Assembly: GCA_963677595.1 (NCBI GenBank)
Contig: OY782041.1
Coordinates: 2,176,001 to 2,240,000, forward strand
Length of the DNA stretch: 64,000 bases
Source of the DNA: Spirochaetia bacterium
GTDB taxonomy: Bacteria; Spirochaetota; Spirochaetia; CAKZLE01
Direction of reading: 5' to 3'
The position numbers were made by a program, and so were the translations under genes. A model generated the notes under the pieces. It ran no database searches, had not been told where the DNA came from, and worked only from the letters and a program-made list of their open reading frames with translations. Numbering within the stretch: the stretch's first letter is position 1; each line of letters begins with the position of its first letter. Below are positions 1 through 10,396 of the stretch, piece by piece.

Positions 1-232
1 TCAGGGGGAAGATGAGGATCATGAAGCCGGAGAAGATGGTCTTTCCCGGCGGCAGGTAGACATCCACGGTGTCGCCGACCTTGATGGAGAGTTTCTCCGG
101 ATTGATCGCCGTGAAGGTCTTCCCCTGGATATTGCAGAAGGAACTGCCGCTGCAGGCCTTACAGCTCGTCGTGATGCACCCGAGGGTGACGTGGTGTCTC
201 TCTATCGATATGACCTGTGTGATCTCTGTCAT
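1..232 (-). CDS. RseC/MucC family protein (runs off window start)
   Basis: Own translation from ATG at 232: MTEITQVISIERHHVTLGCITTSCKACSGSSFCNIQGK...IKVGDTVDVYLPPGKTIFSGFMILIFPL. Has CxxC-x4-C, a VGDxV motif and then a TM segment; ATGA overlap with the ymdB stop. Confidence 0.8.
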   Translation of the reverse strand, partial: MTEITQVISIERHHVTLGCITTSCKACSGSSFCNIQGKTFTAINPEKLSIKVGDTVDVYLPPGKTIFSGFMILIFPL

Positions 233-1041
233 CTCTTTCTCTCCTCTTCAGGGGTCTCTATCGGCAGCCTGACCAGCTCGATCGACTCAGCCTTCCCATC
301 ATCCCCGATGGTGAAGAGGGCCCCTTGGAGCTCGAGTGATTCCCAGCAGTCCTGGGACCGTTCCGGGACCGCCGTGAGGAACTTCCGGATCTCGATCTCG
401 GGGTCGAGTCCCCCGACCCCGTGGAGGGAGCCGCACCGGCCGTTGTCGGTGAGGACGGCGGTCCCCTTGGGGAAGACCTCGGCATCGGCGGTCAATGCCT
501 TGTTGTGGGTGCCGATCACTGCTGACACGGCACCGTCGGTATGGAAGAACATCGCCCGTTTCTCGGCAGTGGTGGCTGCATGGAACTGGATGATGACGTA
601 GGGCGTGATGCTCCGTATCTTCTCGATGATCATGTCGAAGAAGCTGAAGGGATTGCTCAGGTGGACCCGCGGGTACTCCGACTGGCCGAGCAGGTTGAGT
701 ACTGCCACCTTCTTATCGCCGACATCGTAGGTCCTCCACCCCCTGCCGGGGTTGCCGGGCGGGTAGTTCGCCGGCCTGAGAAGGTAGGGAGCCTTCCCGA
801 TCTGGTCGACCATATCTTTCTTGTAGTAGGTCTTCTCCCCGGTGGTCACCACGTCGATGCCGATCTTCTTCAGGTATATGGAATGGTTCTTCCCGATCCC
901 GAACCCCCCGGTCGTCCCTTCGCCGTTGGCGATGACCAGGTCGATGGGCCCCTGCTTCCTCAGCTGCTTGAGCCCCTGTTTGACGGTATAGATACCGGGT
1001 CGTCCCACGATCTCGCCTAAGGCCAATATTCTCATGCTCAT
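229..1041 (-). CDS. ymdB: YmdB/TIGR00282 family metallophosphoesterase
   Basis: Motifs GEIVGRPG, IANGE, LRPANYP..PGRG, FHAATTAEK, GTH; several metal-ligand positions look substituted. Confidence 0.85.
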   Translation of the reverse strand: MSMRILALGEIVGRPGIYTVKQGLKQLRKQGPIDLVIANGEGTTGGFGIGKNHSIYLKKIGIDVVTTGEKTYYKKDMVDQIGKAPYLLRPANYPPGNPGRGWRTYDVGDKKVAVLNLLGQSEYPRVHLSNPFSFFDMIIEKIRSITPYVIIQFHAATTAEKRAMFFHTDGAVSAVIGTHNKALTADAEVFPKGTAVLTDNGRCGSLHGVGGLDPEIEIRKFLTAVPERSQDCWESLELQGALFTIGDDGKAESIELVRLPIETPEEERKR

Positions 1042-1155
1042 GGCTACAATGTAGTCATGTTTTGCCCGATTTGCAAGCGATTACCCCTCCTATTCGTAGA
1101 GTTAGCCTGCAAAGCATGCTATGATGAGGTATGACCGCAGGCGGGGGAGGCTCCC

Positions 1156-3294
1156 ATGTTCGACAAGCTCAAGCAGCGTTTTTTGCAGAGAAGAATGAGA
1201 CAGTATGCTGGAGACCCCCACCGTGTCCTGCCGGCAGGTATAGTCCCCCCGGAGTCAGGGTTCTCTGAAGCTCCTGGGGAACGTGCCGCACGTATCATCA
1301 GTGACATGACGTTAGACGAGAAGATAGACTGCCTCTCCGGGACTGACACCTTCGCGGTGAAGGGACTGCCCCGGCTGGGTCTCCCCTCCATCTACATGGC
1401 CGATGCGACCTCAGGGGTATGCGGCCTTGGTGAGGCAACAGGGTTCCCTGCTGCCGTGGCGCTTGCCGCGACATGGGACCGGGGGCTTTTACACCAGGTC
1501 GGTGAGGCGATCGGCGAGGAGTGCCGCGCCAAGGGGGCGGGCATCCTGCTCGGGCCCGGGGTGAACATCGCGAGGGTCCCTACCTGTGGGAGGAACTTCG
1601 AGTATTTGGGGGAGGATCCCTACCTTGCCGGTGAGCTGGCTGCCGCTTATATTACGGGAGCTCAAGGCAGGGGGGTGATCACCACGGTGAAGCACTTCGC
1701 CTGCAACAACAGTGAGTATGACCGCCATAAGAGCAACTCTGTCGTGGATGAGCGGACTCTCCATGAGATCTATCTTCCGGCATTCAGGAAGGCTGTCCAG
1801 AAGGGGGAGAGCTTAGGCATCATGTCCTCCTATAACCAGTTGAACGGTACCTATGCCAGTGAGAACAGCTACCTGCTGCAGGAGGTCCTCCGGGAGCAGT
1901 GGGGCTTCGACGGGTTCGTGGTCTCGGACTGGAATTCCCTCTACAGCACTATAGACCCGGTCAAGCATGGCCTTGACCTTGAGATGCCCGGTCCGAGATG
2001 GCTGAGCCGTAAGAATATATCGAAGGCACTGGACGATCAGGAGATCACTGAAAAAGAGATCGACCAGATGCTCACCCACCTGCTCACTACGTTCATCAGG
2101 GCGGGGATCCTTGACCGGCCGATGGTCGACCCTGCAGCGGAGCTGAAGTCGAAGAGGCACCGGATCATCGCCGCGAAGGCGGCAGATGAGGCGGTCGTCC
2201 TCCTGAAGAACAACCGGGACCTCCTGCCGCTCAAGGATATCCACCGGATAGCCGTGGTGGGGAATAATGGCCTGGTCACTGCTACCGGGGGCGGCGGGTC
2301 GAGTTACATGCTGCCGGAGGAGGGTATGAACAGTATCTATGATGCCCTCAGGCTCATGAACCCGGAAGCGGAGGTCGAGTATATCGAAGCAAGGCGCGGC
2401 CTGGTGGACAGGAGGGATCTCCCCTCTGTCATGAAGGCCGATGCCGTGGTCATCGCGACGGGTTTCAATCACGTCACCGAGAGTGAGGCATATGACCGGA
2501 GCTGGAAGCTCCCTGACCGGCAGGATCGTCTGATCGAGCAGATGACTGCCGTGAACAGGAACTGCATCGTCATCCTCCACGGCGGCGGCGCCGTGGACTG
2601 TGCACCCTGGATTGGGCAGGCGACCGCAGTACTCCATGCCATGTACCTCGGGCAGGAGGCGGGGAATGCCGTGGCGCGGGTCATCTATGGCTGGACCAAC
2701 CCCTCCGGGCACCTGCCGTTCTCGATGGCCGAGAAGTATGAGGATTATGAATCGGTGATGCACTATGTTGAGACACCGGAGAAGATGGAACTGCGGCGGG
2801 TGTTCATCGGGCAGGGCAACCCGAACAGGCGGAGCATCAGTGATATGATCTATGCAGAGGGCCTGAAGGTAGGATACCGGGGACTCGAGGCAGACGGCAG
2901 GAAGCCGCTCTTCCCCTTCGGTCATGGCTTGTCCTATACGAAGTTCTCTCTCATGAAGATGGCGATACAGAAGCCCGAAGGGAGCCAGTTCCCTCTCGAG
3001 GTCTCCCTGACGGTGAAGAACACCGGCAAGGTAGCCGGTGCGGCAGTAGTGCAGCTCTATGTCCATGATGCGGCTTCCCGTGTCTTCAGACCCCCGAAGG
3101 AGCTGAAGAACTTCCTGCGGGTCGAGCTCAAGGCCGGGAGACAGCAGAGGATCTCCTTGGAACTGGCAGAAGAGGCCTTCAGCTTCTATGATGCTGCACA
3201 GCACCAATGGGTCCTGGAACCCGGCACATTCACCATCCTTGCAGGACTGAGTTCTTCTGATATAAGATTACAGAATGATATTGACATTGGTTAG
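1156..3294 (+). CDS. GH3 beta-glucosidase with C-terminal Fn3-like domain
   Basis: LGPGVNIAR..CGRNFEYLGEDP, KHFACN, nucleophile motif VVSDW, PLFPFGHGLSYT, VVQLYV..P.KELKNF. Confidence 0.95.
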   Translation: MFDKLKQRFLQRRMRQYAGDPHRVLPAGIVPPESGFSEAPGERAARIISDMTLDEKIDCLSGTDTFAVKGLPRLGLPSIYMADATSGVCGLGEATGFPAAVALAATWDRGLLHQVGEAIGEECRAKGAGILLGPGVNIARVPTCGRNFEYLGEDPYLAGELAAAYITGAQGRGVITTVKHFACNNSEYDRHKSNSVVDERTLHEIYLPAFRKAVQKGESLGIMSSYNQLNGTYASENSYLLQEVLREQWGFDGFVVSDWNSLYSTIDPVKHGLDLEMPGPRWLSRKNISKALDDQEITEKEIDQMLTHLLTTFIRAGILDRPMVDPAAELKSKRHRIIAAKAADEAVVLLKNNRDLLPLKDIHRIAVVGNNGLVTATGGGGSSYMLPEEGMNSIYDALRLMNPEAEVEYIEARRGLVDRRDLPSVMKADAVVIATGFNHVTESEAYDRSWKLPDRQDRLIEQMTAVNRNCIVILHGGGAVDCAPWIGQATAVLHAMYLGQEAGNAVARVIYGWTNPSGHLPFSMAEKYEDYESVMHYVETPEKMELRRVFIGQGNPNRRSISDMIYAEGLKVGYRGLEADGRKPLFPFGHGLSYTKFSLMKMAIQKPEGSQFPLEVSLTVKNTGKVAGAAVVQLYVHDAASRVFRPPKELKNFLRVELKAGRQQRISLELAEEAFSFYDAAQHQWVLEPGTFTILAGLSSSDIRLQNDIDIG

Positions 3295-3308
3295 CTACTT
3301 GGTATAGT
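3281..3308 (+). promoter_or_regulatory. sigma70-type promoter for tRNA-Leu
   Basis: TTGACA (3281) - 16 nt - TATAGT (3303), with an extended TG, 13 nt upstream of the tRNA. Confidence 0.7.
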
Positions 3309-3321
3309 ATTCATTCCGCAA

Positions 3322-3405
3322 GCCCGAATGGCGGAATTGGTAGACGCGCTAGTTTCAGGGACTAGTGACCTCGCGGTCGTGGAAGTTCGAGTCTTCTTTC
3401 GGGCA
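3322..3405 (+). tRNA. tRNA-Leu (CAG)
   Basis: GCCCGAA/TTCGGGC acceptor stem, anticodon arm CTAGT-TTCAGGG-ACTAG, long variable arm, GTTCGAG T-loop; CCA not encoded. Confidence 0.97.
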
Positions 3406-3436
3406 TCTTTATAAGACGAAATTGATACAAATTATG

Positions 3437-3466
3437 AAAGCCGGTCCTTTGTGATTGGCTTTTTTT
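3437..3466 (+). terminator. Rho-independent terminator after tRNA
   Basis: AAAGCCGGTC-CTTTGT-GATTGGCTTTTTTT hairpin plus U-tract. Confidence 0.7.
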
Positions 3467-3686
3467 AACACCAATTGTATCTTTTGGAAGAAACGTTGGC
3501 TTGATTTCCCAATGACACCCAATTAATAATAAAGGTTATTACCCGAATCCCATTTAAAATGGAAGTCACCAGACCTGTTATAAACAGAACGGGAATCGAG
3601 TAATAACCTCTATTAAATACTTAGTATTGTTCGCAAAGTATCTCCTAAATCATTCCACTTGTCAATCCAAACAATTCTAACACCTA

Positions 3687-4837
3687 TAGTAAACGACATA
3701 AGTAATTGTGCTTGAATAGCCGAGCAGAGACATGGTATACTATTCTCAGGAGAATTATATGCCAAGTCGTACATACCATACCGATCCTGCACAACTGTTA
3801 GCTGAAGGGCAGATGATCGTTAATTCTACAAATGATGCAAAGTTCCAGCACAAAGTAGAAATTGTCAATCTTGTGTTAGGGGGACTGACCCCCTCGTTTC
3901 TCAGCAAGTACTGCGGAGAAAGCAAGAATACCATCACGCTTTGGGTCAAGACTGCTGATGAACAGGGCTTTGATGCGCTCAAAGTCAAGAAACAGTCCGG
4001 TAGGCCCATGAAGCTCTCTCCGGAACAAATAGCCACTATCAAGACTGTACTCGAAGAGGATGACCCGAAGAAATACGGGTATCAGGTCTGGGATGGCCCG
4101 GGTCTTTCTGCCTACATTAAAACCACCTATTCGGTGCACTTAAGCGTAAGACAATGTCAGCGAATGTTTCACAACCTCGGGTTCTCGCTCGTTCGTCCTC
4201 AGACGTTTCCCGGGAAGGATGAAGAGAACACAGAACAGCGGGAAGACTTTAAAAAAAACTGAAAAATCTTGAGGAAGAGGGCGCAACCATTGTATTTCAG
4301 GATGAGGTGCACTTTCAGATCACGACCTCTGTCACACGCAAATGGGTAGTGAAAGGATCAAGGCCGACGGTAAAGTCTGCTCCCGGTAGAAAGAGTGTGG
4401 CGTATAGCGGCTTTGTGATTCCTTCAACAGGGGAGCTCATCCTCAACAAACCAGAATGGTTCAACTTTGAAACCGTAATCAACTCTTTCCGTGAGTTCAT
4501 CAAAGACTATCCATCTGAAAAGAGGATGCATATGATTCTTGACAATGCCCCCTGGCATAAGAAGGCAGTACGCCTGGTCCAAACTGAAACGCTTCCTGAA
4601 TATCAGGACATCAGGGACAGGCTCACCTTCTTGTTTCTTCCGCCATATTCACCGGACTTGAATCCAATCGAACAATGTTGGAGGATCACAAGACGAGAAA
4701 TGACCCACAATACCTACTACCAGAACATTGATTCCCTCACTGATGCACTTGACGGGTACTTTTCTCAATACAGAGATCCAAACGAAAAGTTTGCTTCTTT
4801 ATGTTCATTCAAGTACTAATATTTATGTCGTTTACTA
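3687..4837 (+). mobile_element. IS630 family insertion sequence
   Basis: TIRs TAGTAAACGACATAA / TTATGTCGTTTACTA; TA duplication at 3685-86 and 4838-39. Confidence 0.95.
3759..4819 (+). CDS. IS630 transposase, two ORFs joined by a -1 frameshift at TTTAAAAAAAAC (4248-4259)
   Basis: HTH ORF ends FKKN*. The -1 frame reads KKLKNLEEEGATIVFQDEVHF...ILDNAPWH...LPPYSPDLNPIEQCW (DDE). Confidence 0.9.
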
Positions 4838-5280
4838 TAAATGGTATACAAGTGATTCAAGAATCTCTTTCTCATAAATAGAATCAGGTGCACGTTCTAT
4901 CCAAAAATGCTGAGTTGATGGTTTGTTCTTTGAAAGAGATACTTCACTAATATCATCAGCTCTTGCTTTTTGAACCCAAGATAACCATTTTCTAATATTA
5001 CTATCACACAGAGATCATGAATTTTAATTAAATTTGTACTAGAAATAGCACAATTCTTTCCCAGTTAACAACATAGAGCTTTACAATCCTATGACCACAA
5101 ATAACAGTTGGAACAGAGCAACTACCGAAGCGAAAAGAACATACCGACTTAGCGAGACAGAAATATCAAGTATATGAAATCATGACATCGAAGAAAACCT
5201 CCTTCACAGCACCGTAAATGCAGGGTAGTATGAAACTACGCCGTAGAAACGGTTGGTTAAAGTATTAAGTATATGCTATA

Positions 5281-5982
5281 ATGTATTCTATAAACATATA
5301 CTTAATACAGGAGGCTGGTATGATCCCGCAGGAATTGAAACATGAGGTCATGCAGACATTTCGCAGACGGAAGACGATGACCATCGAACAGTTGAGATCC
5401 TTGCTGCAGTGTTCGGTTCCGGCAGTCCGGAAGTACCTGAAGCAGTGGGGTGCCGTGACAAGTTACAATAACAACGGGCGCTATTATGTCCTGCCGGATG
5501 TCCCGACGTTCGATGAACACGGACTCTGGGAGTATAAGGGGATACGGTTTTCCCGGTTTGGCACGTTGAAAGAGACGGTCGTTCACCTGGTCAATGATGC
5601 TCCGCAAGGGTTGAGCTCTGCAGAGCTTGGGACGCTGCTTGGCTTGGAGCCGCGATCGTTCATGAGTCATTATAAAGCGCTTCCCGAGCTGAAAAGAAAG
5701 AAACTTGACGGCCGGTATGTGTATCTGAGTGATGATGAGCAGATCGGTGCAAGGCAGCAGGAGAATCGGGAAGCATCAGCAGCGCAGGCATCATTGCAGA
5801 AGATCTCTGATCATGATGCGGTCCTGGTGTTCGCAGACTTCATCAAGCATCCGGAGACCGCATTAGAGAACCGGGTGAACCGTCTGCAGCGGCAGGGCAT
5901 CTCGGTTGATACCGGGAAGATCACGGCCTTACTGCAGTTCCATGGGCTGTTGGAAAAAAAAACGGATCAGCTGGATTCCTAA
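5281..5982 (+). CDS. Element Y ORF1, putative winged-HTH DNA-binding protein (likely start 5320)
   Basis: HTH-like segment MTIEQLRSLLQCSVPAVRKYL; RBS GGAGG before ATG 5320; ends in an A9 tract. Confidence 0.7.
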   Translation: MYSINIYLIQEAGMIPQELKHEVMQTFRRRKTMTIEQLRSLLQCSVPAVRKYLKQWGAVTSYNNNGRYYVLPDVPTFDEHGLWEYKGIRFSRFGTLKETVVHLVNDAPQGLSSAELGTLLGLEPRSFMSHYKALPELKRKKLDGRYVYLSDDEQIGARQQENREASAAQASLQKISDHDAVLVFADFIKHPETALENRVNRLQRQGISVDTGKITALLQFHGLLEKKTDQLDS

Positions 5983-6808
5983 AGGCGTTTATCTATCACC
6001 GGAAGCGTGTTCAGCATGCGCTTGAGAATCGACAGGTGTTCAGAGAACCTCCGGTGGTAGTCTTCCGGCAGGATGATGCTGCCTGTCCCTGCTGTCAGCA
6101 TACGATGCAGGTGCAGAAGACACGAAAGCGAACCGTCGTCCTGTATGCTATCGGACCGATCTCGGCTTGTGAGACGATCCTGATTTGTCCGAACTGCGGA
6201 CATACCAGTGGATCAGCGGAACTGGGCACCCTTGTCCCGCCACGGCACCGCTTTGCCTATGATGTGATCACCTATATCGGTGAAGCCGTCTTTCGGGCAT
6301 GCCGGAGTCAGGCAGAGATACAGGAGCATCTGGAAGCACGAGGGATCCGCATCAGTACCAGTGAGATCGCGCTGCTCACAAAGAAATACATCGGGTATCT
6401 TGCTGTAGCACACCGGGAGAGCAGTGAGGTGCTGCGACTGCATCTGGAAGATCAAGGAGGATACATCCTTCATCTTGACGGGACGTGTGATGGGGAGAGC
6501 CCCCATCTGTTCGTAGGGCTTGATGAGATCTCATCAATCGTCCTGAACTCGGTAAAGATCCCCTCCGAAAAGCGTGATGCTATCATCCCCTTCCTGAATG
6601 GGTTGAAGCGAGCCTATGGAGAACCGGCAGCCCTGGTACATGACATGGGAGCAGGCATACTCAGTGCGGTGGCACAGGTTTTTCCCGATGTCCCTGATTA
6701 TATCTGTCATTTTCACTTCCTCCGGGACATCGGAAAAGACCTGTTGTCGAGTGAGCATGACCGGCTGCGGCGTAGATTCCGCTGTCATGGCATTCAGACA
6801 AAGCTGAG

Positions 6809-8879
6809 CACCGATTTTCATGGAATTAACTAACCCCTAACCCTCTCCATCTGAATCCGACCATAAAGAGCCATAGAACCCTCCTGCCAGTAGTTCATCT
6901 ACACTATCCCTAGTTTCCTACTCACGGCATCTAGGGTTATTACCTACAACTATAGAAATCTTTCTAATCATTAAAACCTATCAGGACTTCCTAAAACCTA
7001 TGAATAATAGCCATATATGCGCATTTCTCGCTTGACTTTACCCACAACTAATGATTTAATAACAAGTATAGAATAGCTTTCATGGTAATATCTTACCCTA
7101 TACGGAGGAGCATGGACCCACGCCAATTCTTTTTAGAGCCAACGACAACCAAACAGCGCCAGTATGAGGCGCTCCGCCGGTACTTCCACGACGGCTTCAC
7201 CGCAGATCAGGTCGCTCAACGGTTCGGCTATACCAAAGCCTCTGTCTACTCCCTCATCCGGGACTTCAAGCAGCAGCTCGCATCAGGGGAGAACCCGTTC
7301 TTCACCGATGTCAAACAGGGGCGAAAGCCCATGGACCATACCGGGGAGTTGACGGAACTGATCGTATCGCTCCGAAAGAAATATCTCTCAGTTCCTGACA
7401 TCACAGCCGCTGTCGCTGCGAAGGGCCATACGGTATCAGAGAAGTACGTCTACAATGTGATCAACCAGGAAGGGTTTGACCGGCTTCCCCGCCGTACCAA
7501 CGAGATCAAGCAGCATGCAACTTCAACGATACCAATCGCTGCACCGAAGACCTTGAAACTGGACTTTGATCCTGAGACCTTCATCTCACAGAATGCTCTC
7601 GGGGTTCTTACCCTGTTGCCGTATGCGCAACGGTATGGGATCCTTGACCTGATCGGGTCATCAGCGTATCCAGAAACGAAGAGCATGAATCGAGTGAACT
7701 CGATCCTGAGCTTTGTTGCACTCAAGCTCTCGCATGCACGGCGCTACACTGCAGATGATGCCTGGTGCATGGACCGGGGCCTCGGACTATTCGCTGGACT
7801 GAACGTGCTGCCGAAATCCGCGTGGTTCAGTTCCTATTCCCATCGGGTGACCCGAGAGATGAACACGAGCTTGCTGAAACACCTGTACAAGCTTCTTGAT
7901 ACACATGGATTACTCTCTGATACGGTGAACCTTGACTTCACGACGATTCCCTACTGGGGAGATGATTCACACCTGGAGAACAACTGGTCGGGGAAACGGG
8001 GAAGAGGATTGGCATCGATGCTGGCCCTCATCTGCCAGGATCCCGGCTCCGGGATGCTCACGTATGGGGATACGACGATCAGGCATGACCGGGAAGGAAA
8101 TGCCTCAGTGGAGTTTCTAGACTTCTCCCGAAAGCATGGGAGCGGGGATCTGCGATACCTGGTGTTCGACTCCCGGTTCACGACGTATGAGAACCTTGCA
8201 CGGCTTGATGAGGATGTGAACTTCCTGACCATCCGACGAAGAGGGAAGAACATCGTCGATGCATTGGCTAAGGTTTCGCCATCAAGCTGGAAGAAGGTCC
8301 GTGTCACCCGTTCGAACGGGAAGGGACAGACGCTGAGAATCTATGACTCGACCGTATTCCTGAAAGCCTATGGGAAGGAGATCAGGCAGATAGCGATCGA
8401 AGGACATGGGAAGATCAAGCCTGCGATCCTGATCACGAATGACTTCGATCGACCAACCAAGGAGCTGGTGCAGATCTATGCACGCAGGTGGCTTGTTGAG
8501 AAGTCTATCAGTGAACAGATAGAGTTCTTCCATCTCAACCGGGTATCATCCTCCATGGTAATCAAGGTTGACTTCGATCTTACCATGACGATTCTTGCTC
8601 ATAACCTGCTGAGGCTGCTGGCGATGGACCTGCCTGGATTCACCCACTGTACTGCGATGAGCCTGTATGAGAAATTCCTTGATACTGGAGGTTCGGTATC
8701 GATCAAGGAGGACCAGATCGTGGTGGATCTGAAGAAGAAGCGGAATCTGCCTGCTTTGCTGACTGCACTGCAGCCGTACCAGGAAACAGCTGTCTCAGCT
8801 CTGAACAATCTGCCGATCGTCTTTCAGGGAAATACAAGATCCTGAATTAGGGGTGCTATCTGTACCATGAAAATCGGTG
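6809..8879 (+). mobile_element. IS4-superfamily-like IS (element Z)
   Basis: 15-bp TIR CACCGATTTTCATGG; 5-bp TSD CTGAG (6804-08, 8880-84). Confidence 0.92.
7082..8845 (+). CDS. DDE transposase of element Z (likely start 7112)
   Basis: N-terminal HTH; NLDFT, VFDSRF, and YARRWLVE (Y-2-R-3-E signature). Confidence 0.88.
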   Translation: MVISYPIRRSMDPRQFFLEPTTTKQRQYEALRRYFHDGFTADQVAQRFGYTKASVYSLIRDFKQQLASGENPFFTDVKQGRKPMDHTGELTELIVSLRKKYLSVPDITAAVAAKGHTVSEKYVYNVINQEGFDRLPRRTNEIKQHATSTIPIAAPKTLKLDFDPETFISQNALGVLTLLPYAQRYGILDLIGSSAYPETKSMNRVNSILSFVALKLSHARRYTADDAWCMDRGLGLFAGLNVLPKSAWFSSYSHRVTREMNTSLLKHLYKLLDTHGLLSDTVNLDFTTIPYWGDDSHLENNWSGKRGRGLASMLALICQDPGSGMLTYGDTTIRHDREGNASVEFLDFSRKHGSGDLRYLVFDSRFTTYENLARLDEDVNFLTIRRRGKNIVDALAKVSPSSWKKVRVTRSNGKGQTLRIYDSTVFLKAYGKEIRQIAIEGHGKIKPAILITNDFDRPTKELVQIYARRWLVEKSISEQIEFFHLNRVSSSMVIKVDFDLTMTILAHNLLRLLAMDLPGFTHCTAMSLYEKFLDTGGSVSIKEDQIVVDLKKKRNLPALLTALQPYQETAVSALNNLPIVFQGNTRS

Positions 8880-9915
8880 CTGAGAGCGATCTTGAGAAAG
8901 ATTCGTACCACGCAGGCAGGAGCTTTGGTGGACATGGAAGCCTTCAGTACAGATGTGAGATCGGTACCGAAAGGAGGCAGTCCCTACTCCGAGGAAACAT
9001 ACCTGTACACCCTCATCGAATGGGCACTCGCCGGTAAGAACGTAGGAGATGGGTACGGGTTCCCCTTTGACCAGGCCTACCTATCCTTCCTGAATCGGCT
9101 GTATGAGCTGAGAAGGACCCTGCGCCTGATGAAGCTGGATACACGGTCCTCATTTGCTGGAGACGTGCTGGCGGTATTGAGACCGGTATGGTACGATGGG
9201 GAGATTAGTACTGCGTATGAATCCCTACAGAAGAAGGTAGTGGTCTTTGACCGACTCCGATGTGCTATGAGGATTGCGGAACCCGGCGGCAAGTTGGGAT
9301 TGAATGATCCCGGAAGTGGGGAGATCGATACCATCAAAGAGCAGGTGGAACAGTTTCTGGTGCAACTGTGCAAGGATGACAGTCTGCAGGGGAACAGGTT
9401 GTTGAAGATGAGGCTGCAGTTAGAGAAGTATTGGGAGAAGCTCTTCACGGCTCCGATACCCATCACTCGACAGGGAGAGACTTATATGATCTACCCCCAG
9501 CGTACGAATAATTCCTGTGAACAATTTTTTAGAGGCTTAAAGCATGGGTATTGCCGAACAAGCGGGCATGCCGGCATGACGAAAACACTGTCCGCAATGC
9601 TCTCAGCAACACCATTGGTTCGGAATCTTGGCAGTCAGGATTACCTGAACCTGATATGTGGTGGAGCGTCCAGTTTGGAAGAGCGGTTCGCACAGATTGA
9701 TGTAGCAAAGATCAGGAAGATGCTGGCGGTTGAATCTGAATCGGTTCAGACCGTGCATCCCAAGATCAAGAAATTGGTGAAGGACCCTGGGTTGCCAAAA
9801 CGGCTCCTCAAGCTCTTTCGAAAGTCTGCTTGACCTGAATCCAACTGTTATTTGTGGTCATAGTTACAATCCTCCTTTTAAATAGTACAATTAGCTATTA
9901 ACAGGAGGGACGCAC

Positions 9916-10370
9916 ATGGCCAGACCGCCCAGGAACGATGACAAGATCTATCTTAACCTCCATATCAATCAAGGATACCGATACGCTCGTGCTCAGGTTC
10001 CGTACAAAACTGAATCAGGGGTGAAGCGGTACAAATCTGTCCATTTCGGGACAGTCACCGATGAGCTTGTATTCAATCCGAATCATAAGTTTCTCTATGC
10101 ATCTGAACAGGTACGGAAGGCCCTCGTGTTTCCTCCTGAGTGGAATGTGACAGCTGCCTTCAAGGAGATTCACCCGCCGCCGGGGAGACCGGAATCCTCA
10201 GATGAGGATACGAACCGCCTGTATGGCCATATCTGGCTTCTCGAGAAGATTGCAGAAGCTACCGGAATCCGCAAGGACCTCCTGCAGGTCTTCCATGGCA
10301 ATAAGGCCCTGGTGAACGATATCCTTACCCTTGCCATGTTCCCCTATGTTACCGGGTACACCTATAACCG
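9916..10370 (+). pseudogene. 5' part of copy A transposase (continues 14225-14390)
   Basis: Identical to the N-terminal ~150 aa of the 593-aa ORF; cut at YTYNR by the copy B insertion. Confidence 0.92.
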
Positions 10371-10396
10371 CATGAATTTTGATTTATTTTGTACTA

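Larger units (their letters stand above)
3613..5015 (-). pseudogene. C-terminal remnant of a SIR2-like domain protein, split by IS630 and truncated by an IS at 5016
   Basis: Removing IS630 and one TA gives the open frame SLCDSNIRKWLSWVQKARADD...STQHFWIERAPD...LESLVYHLGVRIVWIDKWNDLGDTLRTILSI*, which resembles the (G)xSxxDxNI..LGVxxxW tail of SIR2_2 proteins. Confidence 0.6.
6036..9833 (+). pseudogene. Element Y transposase, interrupted by element Z
   Basis: Zn ribbon CPCC/CPNC, LHLDGT, VHDMG, CHFH, RTNNSCEQFF. Removing Z and one CTGAG joins 6036-6808 in frame to 8885-9833 (QTKL|RAILRK). Confidence 0.88.
5089..9863 (+). mobile_element. Unclassified two-ORF IS (element Y; Mutator/IS256/ISL3-like DDE)
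   Basis: Perfect 24-bp TIR CTATGACCACAAATAACAGTTGGA; 8-bp TSD TTACAATC (5081-88, 9864-71). Confidence 0.9.

Noticed and set aside
1813-3207. 464-aa minus-strand ORF
   Set aside because: Antisense shadow of the GC-rich GH3 gene with no motifs. The same applies to most other overlapping ORFs in the track.
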